IMG/VR virus record: IMGVR_UViG_2522572021_000019
Origin: a virus
Lineage: Duplodnaviria; Heunggongvirae; Uroviricota; Caudoviricetes
Reading direction: 5' to 3' (one strand)
DNA length: 26,196 nt
Shown: piece by piece, positions 20,962 through 26,196 of the stretch
Position numbering within the stretch: the stretch's first letter is position 1
Layout of the letters: the number at the start of each line of letters is the position of its first letter
Translations under genes and position numbers: made by a program
Notes under the pieces: model-generated
Seen by the model: the letters and a program-made list of their open reading frames with translations, nothing else
What the model was told of the DNA's origin: nothing
The model's database searches: none

Positions 20962-23900
20962 GTGAATATGGCAGTAAAGATTTCAGGTGTACTGAAAGAC
21001 GGCACAGGAAAACCGGTACAGAACTGCACAATCCAGCTGAAAGCAAAACGTAACAGTACCACTGTGGTGGTGAACACGCTGGCCTCAGAAAATCCGGATG
21101 AAGCCGGGCGTTACAGTATGGACGTTGAGTACGGTCAGTACAGCGTTATTCTGTTGGTGGAGGGATTCCCGCCGTCACATGCCGGGACCATCACCGTGTA
21201 TGAAGATTCTCAACCCGGTACGCTGAATGATTTTCTCGGTGCCATGACGGAGGATGATACCCGTCCGGAGGCACTGCGACGTTTTGAACTGATGGTGGAA
21301 GAGGTGGCGCGTAACGCGTCCGCGGTGGCACAGAACACAGCAGCCGCGAAGAAGTCAGCCAGCAATGCCAGCACATCAGCCCGTGAGGCGGCAACCCATG
21401 CGACTGATGCTGCAGGCTCAGCACGCGCAGCCAGCACGTCAGCCGGACAGGCCGCGTCGTCGGCTCAGTCAGCGTCTTCCAGCGCAGGAACGGCATCAGC
21501 AAAGGCCACTGAAGCATCAAAAAGTGCTGCCGCTGCAGAGTCCTCAAAAAGCGCGGCGGCTACCAGTGCCGGTGCGGCGAAAACGTCAGAAACGAATGCG
21601 GCAGCGTCACAACAATCAGCAGCCACTTCTGCATCCACCGCGACCACGAAAGCGTCAGAAGCAGCCACTTCAGCACGGGATGCGTCGGCTTCAAAAGAGG
21701 CGGCAAAATCATCAGAAACGAACGCAGCCTCGAGCGCCAGCAGCGCAGCTTCCTCGGCAACGGCGGCAGGAAATTCCGCGAAGGCGGCAAAAACGTCCGA
21801 GACGAACGCCAGGTCTTCTGAGACGGCAGCGGGACAGAGCGCCTCAGCTGCGGCAGGCTCAAAAACAGCGGCTGCGTCGTCTGCCAGTGCCGCGTCAACA
21901 AGTGCCGGGCAGGCCTCAGCCAGTGCCACCGCCGCCGGAAAATCGGCAGAAAGCGCCGCATCATCCGCTTCAACAGCCACAACGAAGGCTGGCGAAGCCA
22001 CTGAACAGGCCAGCGCAGCAGCGAGTTCTGCTTCCGCAGCGAAGACATCCGAAACGAACGCGAAAGCGTCGGAAACCAGCGCAGAATCCTCAAAAACGGC
22101 TGCCGCATCGTCAGCCAGTTCGGCGGCGTCATCGGCCTCATCGGCGTCTGCTTCAAAAGATGAGGCGACCAGACAGGCGTCAGCAGCGAAGGGCAGCGCC
22201 ACGACGGCATCCACGAAGGCGACAGAGGCTGCTGGTAGTGCGACGGCAGCAGCTCAGAGCAAAAGTACGGCGGAATCTGCAGCAACGCGCGCTGAGACAG
22301 CGGCAAAACGGGCAGAGGATATTGCATCCGCCGTGGCGCTTGAGGATGCGAGCACGACGAAAAAGGGGATAGTACAGCTCAGCAGTGCGACCAACAGTAC
22401 GTCTGAAACGCTGGCGGCAACGCCAAAGGCAGTAAAATCAGCCTATGACAATGCAGAGAAACGTCTGCAGAAAGACCAGAACGGCGCTGATATACCCGAT
22501 AAGGGACGCTTCCTGAACAACATTAACGCGGTCAGTAAAACAGACTTTGCTGATAAGCGTGGTATGCGTTATGTGCGGGTTAACGCTCCTGCAGGTGCAA
22601 CATCTGGAAAATATTACCCTGTTGTTGTTATGCGTTCTGCTGGCTCAGTAAGCGAACTGGCATCAAGGGTCATTATCACCACGGCAACGCGAACCGCAGG
22701 CGATCCGATGAATAACTGCGAGTTTAACGGATTTGTTATGCCTGGTGGCTGGACTGACAGGGGGCGTTATGCTTATGGAATGTTCTGGCAATATCAAAAC
22801 AATGAACGAGCCATCCACTCAATAATGATGAGTAATAAGGGCGATGATTTGCGCTCTGTGTTCTATGTTGATGGCGCTGCTTTCCCTGTTTTTGCGTTTA
22901 TCGAAGATGGCCTGTCAATATCCGCACCTGGTGCTGATCTCGTTGTTAATGATACGACCTATAAGTTTGGGGCAACAAATCCAGCGACTGAATGTATCGC
23001 GGCGGACGTTATCCTTGATTTTAAGAGTGGGCGTGGTTTTTATGAGTCTCATTCGTTAATCGTTAACGATAACTTGTCGTGCAAAAAACTTTTTGCCACA
23101 GACGAAATTGTAGCGCGTGGTGGTAATCAGATTCGAATGATAGGTGGGGAGTATGGTGCATTATGGCGTAATGATGGCGCTAAAACTTACCTGCTGCTTA
23201 CCAATCAAGGTGATGTTTATGGTGGCTGGAATACATTAAGACCGTTTGCTATTGATAACGCAACCGGCGAGCTGGTTATTGGAACCAAACTGTCCGCAAG
23301 TCTGAACGGTAATGCATTAACAGCAACAAAGCTGCAAACGCCAAGACGGGTTTCTGGTGTTGAGTTTGATGGTTCCAAAGATATTACTTTAACCGCCGCG
23401 CATGTGGCTGCTTTTGCCAGAAGAGCAACGGATACGTATGCCGATGCGGATGGGGGCGTTCCATGGAATGCCGAATCAGGCGCTTACAATGTCACCCGCT
23501 CTGGCGACAGCTATATTCTGGTTAACTTCTATACCGGAGTCGGAAGTTGCCGGACCCTGCAGATGAAGGCGCATTACAGAAATGGAGGTCTGTTCTACCG
23601 TTCCTCAAGAGATGGCTATGGTTTTGAGGAAGACTGGGCAGAAGTTTATACCTCGAAAAATCTTCCACCAGAAAGCTACCCAGTCGGCGCACCAATCCCG
23701 TGGCCATCAGATACCGTTCCGTCTGGTTATGCCCTGATGCAGGGGCAGACTTTTGACAAATCTGCATACCCGAAACTTGCAGCCGCTTATCCGTCAGGCG
23801 TGATCCCTGATATGCGTAGCTGGACGATTAAGGGCAAACCTGCCAGTGGTCGGGCCGTATTGTCTCAGGAACAGGACGGCATTAAATCGCACACCCACAG

Positions 23901-24321
23901 CGCCAGCGCATCCAGTACGGATTTGGGGACGAAAACCACATCGTCGTTTGATTACGGCACTAAATCCACGAATAACACCGGGGCGCATACGCACAGTGTG
24001 AGCGGTACAGCCGCAAGTGCCGGAAACCATACTCATAGTGTCACAGGCGCATCAGCAGTCAGCCAGTGGTCACAAAATGGGTCAGTACATAAGGTAGTGT
24101 CTGCGGCCAGTGTGAATACAAGTGCTGCAGGAGCGCACACTCATAGTGTTAGCGGCACAGCCGCATCTGCAGGTGCTCACGCACATACTGTCGGTATTGG
24201 TGCTCATACGCACTCTGTTGCGATTGGCTCACATGGACACACTATCACCGTTAACGCTGCTGGTAACGCGGAAAACACCGTCAAAAACATCGCATTTAAC
24301 TACATTGTGAGGCTTGCATAA
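20962..24321 (+). CDS. stf: Side tail fibre protein, Stf-like (1119 aa)
   Basis: Conserved N-terminal anchor, a roughly 330-residue Ala/Ser/Thr repeat tract (KTSETNA-type units), and a C-terminal module with repeated HTHSV/HxH motifs typical of phage fibre tips. Confidence 0.9.
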   Translation: MNMAVKISGVLKDGTGKPVQNCTIQLKAKRNSTTVVVNTLASENPDEAGRYSMDVEYGQYSVILLVEGFPPSHAGTITVYEDSQPGTLNDFLGAMTEDDTRPEALRRFELMVEEVARNASAVAQNTAAAKKSASNASTSAREAATHATDAAGSARAASTSAGQAASSAQSASSSAGTASAKATEASKSAAAAESSKSAAATSAGAAKTSETNAAASQQSAATSASTATTKASEAATSARDASASKEAAKSSETNAASSASSAASSATAAGNSAKAAKTSETNARSSETAAGQSASAAAGSKTAAASSASAASTSAGQASASATAAGKSAESAASSASTATTKAGEATEQASAAASSASAAKTSETNAKASETSAESSKTAAASSASSAASSASSASASKDEATRQASAAKGSATTASTKATEAAGSATAAAQSKSTAESAATRAETAAKRAEDIASAVALEDASTTKKGIVQLSSATNSTSETLAATPKAVKSAYDNAEKRLQKDQNGADIPDKGRFLNNINAVSKTDFADKRGMRYVRVNAPAGATSGKYYPVVVMRSAGSVSELASRVIITTATRTAGDPMNNCEFNGFVMPGGWTDRGRYAYGMFWQYQNNERAIHSIMMSNKGDDLRSVFYVDGAAFPVFAFIEDGLSISAPGADLVVNDTTYKFGATNPATECIAADVILDFKSGRGFYESHSLIVNDNLSCKKLFATDEIVARGGNQIRMIGGEYGALWRNDGAKTYLLLTNQGDVYGGWNTLRPFAIDNATGELVIGTKLSASLNGNALTATKLQTPRRVSGVEFDGSKDITLTAAHVAAFARRATDTYADADGGVPWNAESGAYNVTRSGDSYILVNFYTGVGSCRTLQMKAHYRNGGLFYRSSRDGYGFEEDWAEVYTSKNLPPESYPVGAPIPWPSDTVPSGYALMQGQTFDKSAYPKLAAAYPSGVIPDMRSWTIKGKPASGRAVLSQEQDGIKSHTHSASASSTDLGTKTTSSFDYGTKSTNNTGAHTHSVSGTAASAGNHTHSVTGASAVSQWSQNGSVHKVVSAASVNTSAAGAHTHSVSGTAASAGAHAHTVGIGAHTHSVAIGSHGHTITVNAAGNAENTVKNIAFNYIVRLA
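21322..22330 (+). repeat. About 1 kb of degenerate in-frame short tandem repeats encoding the Ala/Ser/Thr-rich shaft of the tail fibre
   Basis: Repeated GCN/TCN/ACN-rich units; they generate long spurious ORFs in other frames and on the opposite strand (21365..22372, 21465..22214, 21560..22327). Confidence 0.7.
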
Positions 24322-24896
24322 TGGCATTCAGAATGAGTGAACAACCACGGACCATAAAAATTTATAATCTGCTGGCCGGAACTAATGAATTTATTGGTGA
24401 AGGTGACGCATATATTCCGCCTCATACAGGTCTGCCAGCAAACAGTACCGATATTGCACCGCCAGATATTCCGGCAGGCTTCGTGGCTGTTTTCAACAGT
24501 GATGAGGCATCGTGGCATCTCGTTGAAGACCATCGGGGTAAAACGGTTTATGACGTAGCGTCAGGGGACGCGTTATTTATTTCTGAACTCGGTCCGTTAC
24601 CGGAAAATGTTACCTGGTTATCGCCGGAAGGGGAGTTTCAGAAGTGGAACGGCACAGCCTGGGTGAAAGATGCAGAAGCAGAAAAACTGTTCCGGATCCG
24701 GGAGGCGGAAGAAACAAAAAACAGCCTGATGCAGGTAGCCAGTGAGCATATTGCGCCGCTTCAGGATGCTGCAGATCTGGAAATTGCAACGGAGGAAGAA
24801 ATCTCGTTGCTGGAAGCATGGAAAAAGTATCGGGTATTGCTGAACCGTGTTGATACGTCAACTGCACAGGATATTGAATGGCCAGCACTGCCGTAG
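24321..24896 (+). CDS. tfa: Tail fibre assembly chaperone, Tfa-like (191 aa)
   Basis: [17 protein letters not shown]... with conserved C-terminus ...[29 protein letters not shown]. Start overlaps the stf stop (TAATG). Confidence 0.9.
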   Translation: MAFRMSEQPRTIKIYNLLAGTNEFIGEGDAYIPPHTGLPANSTDIAPPDIPAGFVAVFNSDEASWHLVEDHRGKTVYDVASGDALFISELGPLPENVTWLSPEGEFQKWNGTAWVKDAEAEKLFRIREAEETKNSLMQVASEHIAPLQDAADLEIATEEEISLLEAWKKYRVLLNRVDTSTAQDIEWPALP

Positions 24897-24993
24897 GGTA
24901 AAACATATAAATTCTATAATTAGATGTATCTTTCCATTTACGGCAAGGAAGGGGGCTTGGAAGACGTAAAGCATCTCACACCAAGATTATTTT

Positions 24994-25584
24994 TTATATG
25001 TCAGGTGTCTGAAGTTTTGCTTTGGCTCTTAAAATGGTTTGCCGCGAGGTTTTGAATTCCCGGGCAATGGCACTTATACTTACACCTGACTTAATCCGTT
25101 CGAATACCACCTGTTTCTGTTCTTCATTTAACACAGGTGGTCGACCAAAACGTTTCCCTGCGCCCCGGGCTCTTACTATCCCGGAATGAGTGCGTTCAAG
25201 TAAAAGGTCTCGTTCAAATTCAGCGACTGCTGAAATTACTTGCATCATCATTTTTCCTGTTGGACTGGTCAGGTCAATGCCCCCCAATGCTAAGCAATGC
25301 ACTCTGATACCTGTTTCGGTCAGTTGTTCCACTGTTTTCCTGATATCCATTGCATTACAACCAAGGCGATCCAGTTTTGTCACAATCAATTGATCACCAC
25401 ATTTCAGGCGAGCAAGCAACCGGTTAAAACCAGGACGCTCACTGGTTGCTGCTGAGCCGCTAATGTGTTCTTCGATTATTTGCTGAGGTTTGATTTTAAA
25501 ACCTGCACTTTCGATTTCCCGGCGTTGATTTTCGGTGGTCTGATCCAGCGTTGATATCCGACAGTAAGCAAAAATTCGAGACAT
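24994..25584 (-). CDS. Small serine recombinase, resolvase/invertase family (196 aa)
   Basis: N-terminal catalytic region YCRISTLDQ (active-site Ser) and [12 protein letters not shown], plus a C-terminal helix-turn-helix ([19 protein letters not shown]). The N-terminus does not resemble the Pin/Gin/Hin group as I recall it. Confidence 0.9.
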
Positions 25585-25962
25585 AGTGAGACTCTATACG
25601 AAATTGGTGTACATATCATAATGCATATCCAAAAATTATTTCGCTTATTATTGTACATATTTGTATGTATACGTTCGAAAATAAACGAATTCGGATGCAG
25701 TCCCGTAATTTTGGTGTAACCAAAAATCGATTTTTTGAAAAATGGCTTTAACTCGGTTTGTTTTTCGAACTCCGGGCGGACTCGAGGAAGACGAATAATA
25801 GTGTTGTATGTTATTTCAACCAGATTTTAAGTTGTTTGGTCGTGGAAAAGTGGAGCAAAATGTTGTTAAAGTGGAAAAATGGTAAAAAAAGTAGGTTGTT
25901 GCGGAATAACGTAGTTGTTGATATTTTTTTAATGCATTGAAAAATTATTTTTCAGGGGGGTA
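25585..25962. promoter_or_regulatory. AT-rich intergenic region upstream of the recombinase gene with direct repeats and dyad symmetries
   Basis: TGTACATAT at 25608-25616 and 25652-25660; TTTTGG-N5-CCAAAA at 25709-25725 overlapping the perfect 14-bp palindrome AAAAATCGATTTTT at 25722-25735; GTGGAAAA at 25842-25849 and 25871-25878. G+C looks near one third by eye. Confidence 0.4.
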
Positions 25963-26196
25963 TTACACTTTACCATTTAAATTTTGGTTGTCTTTAAGAA
26001 CTGATATCGCTGTTTGTAATAATTCTTTGTTATCCAGCCATGACTTTTTCTTTATGTTTCCTTCAATGTAATCAAGCAATGTTCTGGTATTGATAGGTCT
26101 TCCCTGTTTTGCTACTTCCACGACAGCATCTCCCAGGATAATTCTGACTTCAGGAAGCTGCGCAGGGAACCACTTTAGGGTGTCTTTTGATTTCAT
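25963..26196 (-). CDS. Hypothetical small protein (77 aa) in AT-rich sequence
   Basis: ORF-track protein MKSKDTLKWFPAQLPEVRIILGDAVVEVAKQGRPINTRTLLDYIEGNIKKKSWLDNKELLQ... with no family I recognise. Its ATG is the last three bases of the window, so the N-terminus may be incomplete. Confidence 0.4.
   Translation of the reverse strand: MKSKDTLKWFPAQLPEVRIILGDAVVEVAKQGRPINTRTLLDYIEGNIKKKSWLDNKELLQTAISVLKDNQNLNGKV

Noticed and set aside
21365-22372. 335-aa Arg/Gln/Pro-rich ORF on the + strand, plus 249-aa and 255-aa ORFs on the minus strand
   Set aside because: All lie inside the Ala/Ser/Thr repeat tract of the tail-fibre gene and are its alternative-frame and antisense readings; the composition is a codon-repeat artefact.
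24580-24620. Possible hix/gix-type invertase crossover site inside the tail-fibre assembly gene (TTACCGGAAAATGTTACCTGGTTATC)
   Set aside because: It lacks the AAACC-NN-GGTTT core of Hin/Gin/Pin sites; the resemblance is superficial.
24956-24995. Possible terminator for the tail-fibre assembly gene and recombinase gene (CTTGG...CCAAG followed by ATTATTTTTT)
   Set aside because: Only a 5-bp stem with a roughly 20-nt loop; too weak to call, although the T-run may contribute to termination.
25758-25940. 60-aa + strand ORF in the AT-rich intergenic region
   Set aside because: Low-complexity Lys/Asn/Leu-rich translation of AT-rich DNA that overlaps the repeat motifs; more likely regulatory sequence than coding.

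Overview
This window is the late (morphogenesis) module of a lambda-like prophage of E. coli type, almost entirely on the + strand: large terminase, head-tail joining protein, portal, a fused protease-scaffold-capsid gene, decoration and FII-like proteins, then tail genes in lambda order (Z, U, V, G/GT, H, M, L, K, I, J), the lom outer-membrane moron, a long side tail fibre and its assembly protein. Calls rest on reading the ORF-track proteins against recalled lambda proteins and on synteny; no searches were run. The left edge is rearranged: a 1310-bp IS629-like element (902-2211) with perfect 25-bp terminal inverted repeats and no target-site duplication separates a 5'-truncated minus-strand DUF551-like gene from a startless 3' fragment of the probable small-terminase gene, so the prophage looks packaging-defective. 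The IS itself appears to carry a broken transposase frame. The right edge has a minus-strand small serine recombinase with no inverted tail-fibre cassette, followed by an AT-rich stretch with repeats and a 77-aa ORF of unknown function. I did not find a CRISPR array, tRNA, integrase or a recognisable multi-gene defence system; the most likely places for anything undescribed are the recombinase/AT-rich right edge and the minus-strand pair at the left edge.
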